DNA from: a bacterium | GTDB taxonomy: Bacteria; Zhuqueibacterota; Zhuqueibacteria; Oceanimicrobiales; Oceanimicrobiaceae | Assembly: GCA_046757025.1 (NCBI GenBank) | Contig: JBHHXN010000025.1 | Coordinates: 1 to 42,326, forward strand | Direction: 5' to 3' | DNA length: 42,326 nucleotides | In this document: positions 1 to 8,923 of the stretch, in pieces | How positions within the stretch are numbered: the first letter of the stretch is position 1 | Layout: each line of letters starts with the position of its first letter | Program-made: the position numbers and the translations under genes | The notes under the pieces: model-generated | What the model was told of the DNA's origin: nothing | The model's input: the letters and a program-made list of their open reading frames with translations, nothing else | Databases searched by the model: none

Positions 1-159
1 ACCTCTTAATTAACAGTTGGTTTATGAATCACGTCACGAAGTGAGAAATGTTAATAAATAACTTATCTTCAGCAATTCCGAACAAAGCTCTCGGTATTTT
101 TTTTTGGTGGAGTCACTTCGTTGCTTGTCCACTTTCTTCATATTAAACCAGAAAAGCGC

Positions 160-188
160 TTGACAATTTTGATGGAAAATAGTATCTT
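160..188 (+). promoter_or_regulatory. Putative sigma70 promoter for the kinase/phosphatase operon
   Basis: TTGACA (160-165), 17 bp spacer, TATCTT (183-188) in AT-rich DNA upstream of the first CDS. Confidence 0.55.
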
Positions 189-508
189 CTACAGCTATTT
201 AAATAATTAATCCAATTTTATTTAGTGATAGAATTTATCTCACGACTCGATTTGACAATGGCACCCTAATATGTTCGCCACACTAACCGCAAAAGATTTC
301 TAAAATCAACGGATATATTTTTTGGGACCAGCATCCATTGCGCCGCTTACCCGCTCCCAAAAGCATTTAACCAATTCATCTGAAATCAAAAATACTTTCT
401 GTATAAATTAGATTGAATAAGTCAATTTAATCTTGTGCAATTTTTGAACAAGTCCAAAAATCGACATTAATTTATTTCGAGGTGCAATTGACCGGCCGCG
501 CACAATTC

Positions 509-2947
509 ATGTTCGACAAACTGGCCATAATTTTAATTATTTATCTGCTGCACGGTGGTGCCGCCTTTTCACAGGCCATCGATCCGCAGGCGCAAAGTTA
601 TTTTGAAAAAGGCCAAAAAGCCAGAAGTCTATCCGACAAAATTGAAAATTTTCAAAAAGCGTTAGCCATCCATCCGGATTTCAAGGAAGCGGCTTACCGT
701 TTGGGAGTTGCTCAGTTTCAAAAAGGGGAATACGCCGAAGCCATTGAAAATTTGCGACGAGCGCAAAGTGAACATGGTAAACCATTCAAAGGACTCAAAC
801 TCTATCTCAGAAATGCTTATACCTTTCACACTGCACAACTGCGAGCACAAAATAAATTCGAAGATGCCCTTTCCAGCGTTAACAACGCCCTGAACCTCGA
901 CCCTAATTATGCTCCGGCTTATGCCGAGCTGGGCTTGACTTATTACGATTTGCAAGCTTGGCCGGCTGCCATCCAGGCTCTGGAGACGTCCGCGCAATTG
1001 AATGAAAACCAGGAAGTGGTCTGGAACAAATTGAGCGACCTGTATTTGCGCACGGGCGATTATTTTAAATCGATTACCGCCTGCGAAAAAGCCCTCAAAA
1101 TCGATCCCAACCTCAAAGATGCGCAAGCGAATTTGGAAAAGGCCAAAAGTAAAACCGCTCCAGAAGCCATTCTGGAATCCTTCGCAACCCTTGAAAACGA
1201 AGGGAAAATAGAAGAAGGGGTGGCGCTGCTGCGGCAGGCCCAAAGTCATTATCCCGAACACGAAAAAATCAACGCCGCTTTGCAGCAAGCCTTGCAGGAA
1301 CAAGTCTATCAGAACGGATTGCAAGCCTTCGAGAACGAAAATTGGTCCTTAGCCATCGAATTCTTTCAGAGCATCGATTCCACTTATGGGGAGGCAGCGG
1401 TGAAATTAGCCGAAGCCCGGGCTTCTCTGGCGGTGGCTCAGGACACGTCCCTCGCGGAGTTTCTGACTGAGCCTTCTGCCACCGATTCCGAGGAATCTAA
1501 ACCGCCGACAAAAAGCTCGAAAAAACCACTCGTTACCGAATCTGAAACTAATAAATCAAAACCCGTCAAACCGCTGCTGGCTTCTTCCGAACCGCTCATT
1601 TCAAAAGAATCTTCAGACACCGTGGTTGAAGGGGAGTCCGAAGATCAAAATGAAACGTCTTCCAATCCGGAGAAAGGCACAAAACAGAGGCTATCCGAAA
1701 AAACCGCCGATACCAACCCGCCTGCCGAATTGAATCCCGTGCCCGCGCAATCTGGCGGGTCAAATGGGTTATTCTGGACCGTTGGCATCGTTTTAGGCAG
1801 CGTTGCGGTTCTGGGCCTGCTATTTGTGGGAGTTAGAATCCACCCCTCGTTTAAATCCTATTTAAAATCGTTGAAGCTTCGAAGTAAATCCAACTCCATA
1901 AAACCAATGGCCCCGGTGGACCGTCAAATCGAGAATGAACAGACCAACGGCATTTTCAAAGATCGCGTAGCCTCGGTGACACCGGTACAATTCGATAAAG
2001 TGGATACCGGCGACATTTTAACTTCGGAAGAAAAATCGCAATTAGAGGAGACGCCGGAGCTGGAAAACACCGAGGAAACGTTGGACGAAACACAGACAAT
2101 TTTGGGAGGCATTAAACAGGTAAAACGCATCGGCCGTTACATTGTTGAAAGTGAGATTGGTAGGGGATCCATGGGGCTCATTTATAAAGCCTGGGACCCG
2201 AAGCTGGATCGCACGGTAGTCATCAAACAGGTGGCGTATGACTTCACCACCAATTTGCATGAAATCACCAATTTGAAGGATCGCTTGTTTCGAGAAGCGC
2301 GGGCTGCTGGCCGGCTGACACATCCCAACATCGTGGTGATTTACGATGTTGATGATGAGAATGATTTCTCGTACATTGTGATGGAATATCTGCAGGGTCA
2401 GGATCTGAAGCAGGTACTGGAGAAGGAGAGCAGAATCACTTTCGCGCGTTCGTTGAAAATCGTACACCAAATCTGCAAAGCGCTGCATTTTGCCCATGAA
2501 AATGACATCGTACATCGCGACATCAAGCCATCGAATATTATTTTGACCCAGAACGACAACGTGAAAGTCGCCGACTTCGGTATCGCGCAGATGCCGCATC
2601 TGGGCACGTTGACACAAACGGGTAGCATCATCGGCACCCCCTACTACATGTCTCCCGAACAAATCGAAGGTCGAAATTTAGACGGCCGCTCCGATATATT
2701 TTCGGTGGGTGTCATCCTCTACGAAATGCTGACGGGCATCCATCCGTTCGATGGCGACAACATCCCCACCGTGGTTTACAAAATTGTGCACGTGCAGCCG
2801 GAAGAGGTGACCAGAATCAACCCCGAGCTGCCATCGGCCATTGAGCCCATCCTTCAGCGCGCCCTGGCCAAAGATTCTGAAGATCGCTACGCAACAGCAA
2901 AAGAGTTGCTGAAGGATTTAGAAACCTGCCAGAAGGATTTGATTTAA
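509..2947 (+). CDS. Membrane Ser/Thr protein kinase with N-terminal signal peptide and extracytoplasmic TPR domain
   Basis: Signal-like N-terminus (MFDKLAIILIIYLLHGGAAFSQA); TPR repeats; acidic Pro/Ser linker; TM (LFWTVGIVLGSVAVLGLLFVGV); Hanks kinase motifs GRGSMG, VVIK, HRDIKPSN, DFG, GTPYYMSPEQ. ATG at 509 is preferred over GTG at 482. Confidence 0.92.
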   Translation: MFDKLAIILIIYLLHGGAAFSQAIDPQAQSYFEKGQKARSLSDKIENFQKALAIHPDFKEAAYRLGVAQFQKGEYAEAIENLRRAQSEHGKPFKGLKLYLRNAYTFHTAQLRAQNKFEDALSSVNNALNLDPNYAPAYAELGLTYYDLQAWPAAIQALETSAQLNENQEVVWNKLSDLYLRTGDYFKSITACEKALKIDPNLKDAQANLEKAKSKTAPEAILESFATLENEGKIEEGVALLRQAQSHYPEHEKINAALQQALQEQVYQNGLQAFENENWSLAIEFFQSIDSTYGEAAVKLAEARASLAVAQDTSLAEFLTEPSATDSEESKPPTKSSKKPLVTESETNKSKPVKPLLASSEPLISKESSDTVVEGESEDQNETSSNPEKGTKQRLSEKTADTNPPAELNPVPAQSGGSNGLFWTVGIVLGSVAVLGLLFVGVRIHPSFKSYLKSLKLRSKSNSIKPMAPVDRQIENEQTNGIFKDRVASVTPVQFDKVDTGDILTSEEKSQLEETPELENTEETLDETQTILGGIKQVKRIGRYIVESEIGRGSMGLIYKAWDPKLDRTVVIKQVAYDFTTNLHEITNLKDRLFREARAAGRLTHPNIVVIYDVDDENDFSYIVMEYLQGQDLKQVLEKESRITFARSLKIVHQICKALHFAHENDIVHRDIKPSNIILTQNDNVKVADFGIAQMPHLGTLTQTGSIIGTPYYMSPEQIEGRNLDGRSDIFSVGVILYEMLTGIHPFDGDNIPTVVYKIVHVQPEEVTRINPELPSAIEPILQRALAKDSEDRYATAKELLKDLETCQKDLI

Positions 2948-2948
2948 A

Positions 2949-4634
2949 ATGATCTGTGAATCGTGTCAGTTTGAAAATTCCCCTGAAAGTTTAACCTGCG
3001 AACGCTGCCAGAAAATTTTGTATCGCGCAAAGTTACTCATCACCAGTGAAATGGGGCTGGAAAAAACGGTCCATTTGTTTTCGAAAAATTACACCATCGG
3101 TCGGGAAGAAGATAACGACATCGTCATCGACCATGTCTCGGTTTCCAGACATCACGCAGAAATTCGTTTCGTAAACAATCTTTTTCAAATAGAAGACCGG
3201 GATAGCAAAAACGGCTCTCTCCTCAATAATAATCACTTCAAAAATCGCATCCTGCATGATCGCGACCGTATTCAGTTAGGCACCGTCCAAATTCTATTTT
3301 ACGATGAAATAAAATCGCCTGAAAGCAGCCAGACCGGCCTGGACACGGAACAGTGGGTGCAAAAGGAATTCTCCAAATTTGCCCATAATAAAGAAACCCG
3401 CATCACCACCGACGAGGTGCTGCTAACCATGCTGGATCTGGCGACGTCGCTCATCCACGCAGAGCGAGCGTTGATTTTACAGTTCGACCAGGCGAACAAA
3501 CTGCGGTTTAAAGTAGGCAAAAAACAACTGGGCGCGCAGTTATTTGGATGCAACCTGTCCGAATATGATTGGACCATCATAAACGACGCCATCCGAAAAA
3601 AAAGCGTCAATTTCGTCACGGCAGGCACTCAAACCGATACTGAAAATACCGCCGCTCTCGAGCAAGCCGTCTGGCGCAAATTGGCGCTGCCTTTGATGGC
3701 CTCGAAAATCAAAGGCTTGCCTATGGATAGCTTTGGATTGAATGGCATTCTGGGCGTGGTTTATTTTACTCAAAACAAGAGTAAGCATATCATTTCAAAA
3801 CGAAAAAACGAACTCCTGAGCACGATTTTGCTGCGAATCGCCTATGCTGTACAAAATGACATGCTCTACGATCAAGCTCTGGAAAAAAGAAAATTCGAAA
3901 AAGACTTGTTTATTGCACGGGAAATTCAGGAAAGATTGCTTCCGACTTCTACTCCCAGCCTGAATAATTTCGAGATTGCCAATTTCACGCATCCCTGTGA
4001 AACCGTAAGCGGTGATTACTGTGACTTTATTCCTGTTTCCAGCAGCACCATCGCTATCACCATCGGCGACATCTGCGGCAAAGGTGTGCCGGCGGCGCTC
4101 TTAACCTCCACGGTACAGGCGGCCATTCACAGCCAGCTGGAATTCACCACGTCACCCAATCAAATCGTGCAAAATCTAAACCGGCTGCTGTTAAAAAGCA
4201 CCGCGGAGTCGATTTTTTTGACTCTGTTTTTCGGCATTCTGCATGTAGATTCGGGCGAATTCAAATACCTGAATGCCGGGCATCCACCGCCCATTTTCAT
4301 TTCCAACAACCTCACCATCGCCGAGTTGGCCAGCACGTCGCCGCCACTGGGCATTCTGGAAGTGAATTTCGATTCGGAGAAAGTGCTTAAATTCAATAAG
4401 GGTGACATCCTGCTTTTGTACACGGACGGCATCATCGAAAGTCAAAATCTGAAAAAGCAACTCTATGGCCGCAGGAAACTTTTAAAATTTATCGAATCGG
4501 TTGTTCTAAACAACAACATGGAGTCATTGAAATTAAACGATATCCTCGAACAAATTAACGCGGATATTCACAATTTTATGGCAGGCGCAAGCCAAACAGA
4601 CGACATCACTTTGCTAGCCGTAAAAAGACGTTAA
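2949..4634 (+). CDS. Zn-ribbon / FHA / GAF-like / SpoIIE (PP2C) phosphatase
   Basis: CxxC...CxxC at the N-terminus; FHA motifs IGR, VSRHHA, SKNG; PP2C motifs SGDYCD, IGDICGKG, NAGH, YTDG, DDIT; starts 1 bp after the kinase stop. Confidence 0.9.
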   Translation: MICESCQFENSPESLTCERCQKILYRAKLLITSEMGLEKTVHLFSKNYTIGREEDNDIVIDHVSVSRHHAEIRFVNNLFQIEDRDSKNGSLLNNNHFKNRILHDRDRIQLGTVQILFYDEIKSPESSQTGLDTEQWVQKEFSKFAHNKETRITTDEVLLTMLDLATSLIHAERALILQFDQANKLRFKVGKKQLGAQLFGCNLSEYDWTIINDAIRKKSVNFVTAGTQTDTENTAALEQAVWRKLALPLMASKIKGLPMDSFGLNGILGVVYFTQNKSKHIISKRKNELLSTILLRIAYAVQNDMLYDQALEKRKFEKDLFIAREIQERLLPTSTPSLNNFEIANFTHPCETVSGDYCDFIPVSSSTIAITIGDICGKGVPAALLTSTVQAAIHSQLEFTTSPNQIVQNLNRLLLKSTAESIFLTLFFGILHVDSGEFKYLNAGHPPPIFISNNLTIAELASTSPPLGILEVNFDSEKVLKFNKGDILLLYTDGIIESQNLKKQLYGRRKLLKFIESVVLNNNMESLKLNDILEQINADIHNFMAGASQTDDITLLAVKRR

Positions 4635-4662
4635 TAAAATGCAACGGGTGATTTCAAAATAA

Positions 4663-4842
4663 AGAGCCTGTGTGAAAAGTCGAAATGCAAAAAACAACCA
4701 ATTTCGCCACTACTGTCATTCCTCGCTTTGCAGGGCAGGTTGAAAGAATCTTTTTAATAAACAGCACTTTACGCCCAAACAAAAAAGATCCCGCGGTTGC
4801 GGGATGACAGAGGCGTAGTTTGCGCGTTTTCACACAGTCTCT
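4663..4842. mobile_element. MITE-like element, family B, copy 1
   Basis: Terminal inverted repeats AGAGCCTGTGTGAAAA / TTTTCACACAGTCTCT (1 mismatch); inner inverted arms CTGTCATTCC / GGGATGACAG; related inverted copy at 39894-40050. Confidence 0.7.
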
Positions 4843-4914
4843 AAAGAAAGACCACCCAAAACAGCAAAAAATGATGAGACGTTTTGCAGCAAACCAATGA
4901 CGCGGAGACCCCAC

Positions 4915-6954
4915 ATGCACAAACTGACATCCCTGTTGATTTTATTGCTCTTGATCATTTTTACCCAGCAAGGTGTTGAAAGCGCGCCTCCAAATGATTG
5001 CTCAAAATACTGGATATTTTTTAAAAATAAAGCGAGCGAAAAACTGTCAAAATCTTCTCATCTGTATAAACAGGCCAAAAGCCATTTAACGACGCGTGCC
5101 CTCAGCCGACGTGCAAAAGTGCGCACTGTGGACAATCTGGTCGATCAGCACGATTTACCGGTCCGGCATGATTATCTCGAACAAATTCAATCCATGGGCG
5201 GCCAGCCGTTAGTGGTTTCTAACTGGCTCAACGCCGTCAGCGCTTGCCTGGACTCTGAGCAAATCGAAGCCATCAAAGCGCTGCCGTTCGTAAAAAAAAT
5301 TCAACCCGTGGCCAGGGCACGGCGAAAACAACCGTTTATCTACTTGCCGGATGAATTGACCACACAACCAAATGCCACGCAGGAAAACGTTTACAATTAC
5401 GGCTCTTCCCTCACGCAAAACCAGATCATCAACACTACGGCGGTTCACAGCCTGGGCATCACCGGCAAAAGCGTTTGGATCGGCATGTTAGACACCGGCT
5501 TTAAATATCGCGGCCACGAAGTTTTCGAGAACCTCCATGTCATCGCTGAATATGACTTCATCAATCACGACGGCATCACGGAGAATCAGCCTGGACAGGA
5601 CGTTCCCTCCCAGCATCAGCACGGCACGCAGACGCTTTCCACGGTTGGGGGATTTAAAGAAGGCCAGCTGATCGGAACGGGTTTTGGCGCCAGTTTTCTA
5701 CTAGCCAAAACAGAAGACATCACACAGGAAGTTACCCAGGAAGAAGACAACTGGGTCGCGGGAATTGAATGGCTGGAAAACCAGGGAGTGGACGTCGTAA
5801 CCAGCTCGCTCGGGTATCTGGATTTTTACACCCCCAACGAAATGGACGGCAACACCGCGGTCACCACCATCGCAGCCGATCTGGCCGTCAACCGGGGCGT
5901 GGTGGTACTCAACAGCGCCGGCAACGAAAGAAACGGCCGCTGGCACATCATCATTTCTCCGGCCGACGGCGACAGCGTGATCGCGGTGGGTGCGGTGGAT
6001 CGCAACCAACATTTGTCCAGCTTCAGCTCGGTGGGCCCCACCGCAGATGGCCGCATCAAACCAGAGGTCGTAGCAATGGGTTCCTCTGTTTACACCGCCG
6101 TACCCTCCGACGACGACCCATTTTCGACCTATCGCTACACCGGAGGCACTTCCTTTTCCTGTCCGGCGGTGGCCGGCGTGGCCGCACTCATCCTTTCAGC
6201 CCATCCTTATTTAACGCCTATGGAAGTGCGGGACGCCTTGCTGTCCACGGCAGATCGGGCAAATTCTCCGGACACGTTATTTGGCTGGGGAATCGTAAAC
6301 GCACTGGAAGCGGTTTTATTTCACGGCACGGCTTTCAGCAATCTTCCTGATGTGTCTGTAAATACTAATGAAGACCTTGAAATAAGCATCAAAATTGCAT
6401 CCAAAACTGGACTCGATTCCAACCAGATTTATTTAATTTATGCCGGGCCAGACAACCAATTCAATCAAACTGTTTTGATGTCACAAGGGAGTGAACCTAA
6501 TCAATTTGTCGCTACGATACCAGGTGTCTCAGGGAATGAGATGATCCAATTCTACTTCAGCAGCCAAGATTTAAACGGTCTTGTTTCGCTTCATCCCCAC
6601 AACGCACCGGATTCAACTTTCACTGTCAACAAAGACGGCATGTTACTGGAAATAAAAGAGCGTAAAATGCCATCAAATTTTCATTTAGTACAAAATTATC
6701 CCAATCCGGCCGCGCCTTCTACTACTATTGATTTTGACCTGCCGCAATCGCTCAGGGTGAGTCTGACCGTGTACAATATTCTTGGACAGCAAGTACGGGT
6801 TCTGTTAAAAAATCAAATGAAACCGGCGGGGCGAAACAGCGTTTTCTGGGATGGCAGCGATGCGAAAAATTTGCGTGTGCCGGCGGGTTTATATTTTTAT
6901 CAATTAAAATCGGATAATGTTTCAATCGTGAAAAAAATGCTGGTCGTTCGTTAA
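4915..6954 (+). CDS. Secreted S8 (subtilisin-like) serine peptidase with FlgD-Ig / T9SS-like C-terminal domain
   Basis: Signal peptide; triad LDTG, HGT, GTSFSCP; SAGN oxyanion motif; C-terminal QNYPNP...VYNILGQ...WDG...GLYFY. ATG at 4915 follows GGAGA. Confidence 0.92.
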   Translation: MHKLTSLLILLLLIIFTQQGVESAPPNDCSKYWIFFKNKASEKLSKSSHLYKQAKSHLTTRALSRRAKVRTVDNLVDQHDLPVRHDYLEQIQSMGGQPLVVSNWLNAVSACLDSEQIEAIKALPFVKKIQPVARARRKQPFIYLPDELTTQPNATQENVYNYGSSLTQNQIINTTAVHSLGITGKSVWIGMLDTGFKYRGHEVFENLHVIAEYDFINHDGITENQPGQDVPSQHQHGTQTLSTVGGFKEGQLIGTGFGASFLLAKTEDITQEVTQEEDNWVAGIEWLENQGVDVVTSSLGYLDFYTPNEMDGNTAVTTIAADLAVNRGVVVLNSAGNERNGRWHIIISPADGDSVIAVGAVDRNQHLSSFSSVGPTADGRIKPEVVAMGSSVYTAVPSDDDPFSTYRYTGGTSFSCPAVAGVAALILSAHPYLTPMEVRDALLSTADRANSPDTLFGWGIVNALEAVLFHGTAFSNLPDVSVNTNEDLEISIKIASKTGLDSNQIYLIYAGPDNQFNQTVLMSQGSEPNQFVATIPGVSGNEMIQFYFSSQDLNGLVSLHPHNAPDSTFTVNKDGMLLEIKERKMPSNFHLVQNYPNPAAPSTTIDFDLPQSLRVSLTVYNILGQQVRVLLKNQMKPAGRNSVFWDGSDAKNLRVPAGLYFYQLKSDNVSIVKKMLVVR

Positions 6955-6985
6955 AATTCTTAAAGATTAAGGAGAGTACTTTAAA

Positions 6986-7891
6986 GTGAAAGGAAGACCG
7001 AAAATAGGCATTGCGTTAGGCGGCGGCGGCGCCAGAGGGTGTGCACACGTGGGCGTGTTAAAAGTGCTGGAAAAAGAGAACATTCCCATCGACATGTTAG
7101 CGGGCACCAGCATCGGGGCGGTGGTGGGCTCCATTTACGCTACGACAGGCCAGGCCAAAAAAGTAGAACAAAGATTCAACGAATTTCTGGTAAGCGAGGA
7201 ATTCAAAAAAAGCGGTCTGGATTTGTTCAAACGCAAAGAGCCGGTTGAAAATTTCTTTGGCCAGGTTGCTAAATTAGTCAAAGAACGGGTTGTGGTTAAT
7301 CTGGCACAAAGCAAACCATCTCTGGTAAGCGGTAAAAGGCTGCAAACCGCCATGGAATTTCTGATACCCGAAGGTCGAATTGAAGAAACTAAAATACCTT
7401 TCATCACCATTGCCTCTAACATTCTTAACGGCCAGCCTGTGGTTTTCCGTGACGGCGACTTGCGTGCTACAGTGGGCGCCAGCGCGTCCATACCGGGCTT
7501 TTTGCCGCCGTATGAAGTCAACGGTTTCCTGTTGGTGGATGGCTCCGTGGTCTGTCCGGCACCCATCGAACCTCTTAGAGAAATGGGAGCGGATATCGTC
7601 ATCGCTGTGGATGTGGGTCAACAACTGAATGAACATCCGGATCTCGATAACGTCATCAACATCATTTTCCAAACCAACCACATGACGGCGCGGCATTACA
7701 ATCTGCAGCTTTTGAAATTAGCGGATGTGGTCATTCGCCCGAATGTCGGGCTGGTACACTGGTCGGAATTTAAGCTGTTGAATTACATGATCGAGGAAGG
7801 CGAGCGCGTGACCAGGGAAGCGCTGTCAAAACTTCGCAAGGTGATGCGGAAAAAAACTCCATTGTGGCGAAAGCCCTTTTTCATTTCATAG
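6986..7891 (+). CDS. Patatin-like phospholipase (RssA/NTE family)
   Basis: GGGGARG, GTSIG (nucleophile Ser) and DG motifs; AGGAG upstream of the GTG start. Confidence 0.92.
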   Translation: MKGRPKIGIALGGGGARGCAHVGVLKVLEKENIPIDMLAGTSIGAVVGSIYATTGQAKKVEQRFNEFLVSEEFKKSGLDLFKRKEPVENFFGQVAKLVKERVVVNLAQSKPSLVSGKRLQTAMEFLIPEGRIEETKIPFITIASNILNGQPVVFRDGDLRATVGASASIPGFLPPYEVNGFLLVDGSVVCPAPIEPLREMGADIVIAVDVGQQLNEHPDLDNVINIIFQTNHMTARHYNLQLLKLADVVIRPNVGLVHWSEFKLLNYMIEEGERVTREALSKLRKVMRKKTPLWRKPFFIS

Positions 7892-7914
7892 TACGTTGCC
7901 AGTCCCTACGAGCA

Positions 7915-8916
7915 TTAATACACCCGTCCTTTGGTGACTTTTTTCGGCACACCCCAGGAAACGTCCAGACCAAAGCGCAAAAGATTTTCAATATTGCCCA
8001 CCCGGTAGGCGGCATTTATTCCGATGGTATAATTTTCAAACACTCCGCGAAGAAAACTCATGCCAAAACTCCAGCGGCGGTTGAGATCCGAAGTGCCCAG
8101 GTTGTTGGAAAAACCCGCACGCAAAAACACCGATTCAAAAAAAGATTTTTCCATGCCAATGTAGGCACGATTGGCGGTGTCGTCGTGCAGGGCTTTGCGG
8201 AGATCGAACGCCAGCACGATGCCGTCGATTTGATACGCTCCCCCCAAACGTAAGGTCGCCGGCACCCCCTCGGAATAGGCGCCACTGGCAGATGAATTCC
8301 AGCGGAAGGTATTCAAAACATCCCGCAGCATGAAACCCAGAGACAAATGCTCGTTAGTGATCAAAAGATAGCCAAAATCCACCGAGATACCGCCGCCGGA
8401 ACCCGTCACCCGGTTTTCTCCGCCATCGACATTATTTCCGAAGGTTGCCCAACGCCCCTTGACGGTAATGCCGAAAGACATCTGGTCAAAATAAATATCG
8501 TTTCCGCCAATGGGTAAATTGGGGAAGGTGAAAGCGTAGGAAACACCCAAGGTAAATTCACTTAAAGCGTCGTCTCCAGTATATAAAAAGCCCGCACCCA
8601 GCGCTTGCATTTTACCCATCGGATAGAGCAAACCGAGATAGCTCGAAGGAATGAGTCCAAACAGCTTGGCATAATTGGCGGTAAAATTCGGGCGGGTACC
8701 CATCATCAAACCAGCGGGATTGGTTAAAAACGCGTTGGCGTCGTTGGAGATGGCGGTGTAAGCCTGACCCATACCGGCAGGACGTACGCCAAGTCCGGCC
8801 TCGGAAAAAGCTGCCGGAATATTTGAAAGCCTCTGACCAAATCCAACATTCACATAACAAACTGTAAAAGCGGTTAGCCAAAACAAACGACCGATTTTAG
8901 CTAATTTCACCTTCAT
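7915..8916 (-). CDS. PorV/PorQ-like (UPF0164-type) outer-membrane beta-barrel
   Basis: Signal peptide; GVRPAGMGQAYTAISNDANAFLTNPAGL motif typical of PorV/FadL-like barrels; amphipathic strands. Confidence 0.75.
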   Translation of the reverse strand: MKVKLAKIGRLFWLTAFTVCYVNVGFGQRLSNIPAAFSEAGLGVRPAGMGQAYTAISNDANAFLTNPAGLMMGTRPNFTANYAKLFGLIPSSYLGLLYPMGKMQALGAGFLYTGDDALSEFTLGVSYAFTFPNLPIGGNDIYFDQMSFGITVKGRWATFGNNVDGGENRVTGSGGGISVDFGYLLITNEHLSLGFMLRDVLNTFRWNSSASGAYSEGVPATLRLGGAYQIDGIVLAFDLRKALHDDTANRAYIGMEKSFFESVFLRAGFSNNLGTSDLNRRWSFGMSFLRGVFENYTIGINAAYRVGNIENLLRFGLDVSWGVPKKVTKGRVY

Positions 8917-8923
8917 TCCTCGC

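Noticed and set aside
4654..4920. 88 aa minus-strand ORF
   Set aside because: It runs through the family B MITE and is most likely a chance ORF.
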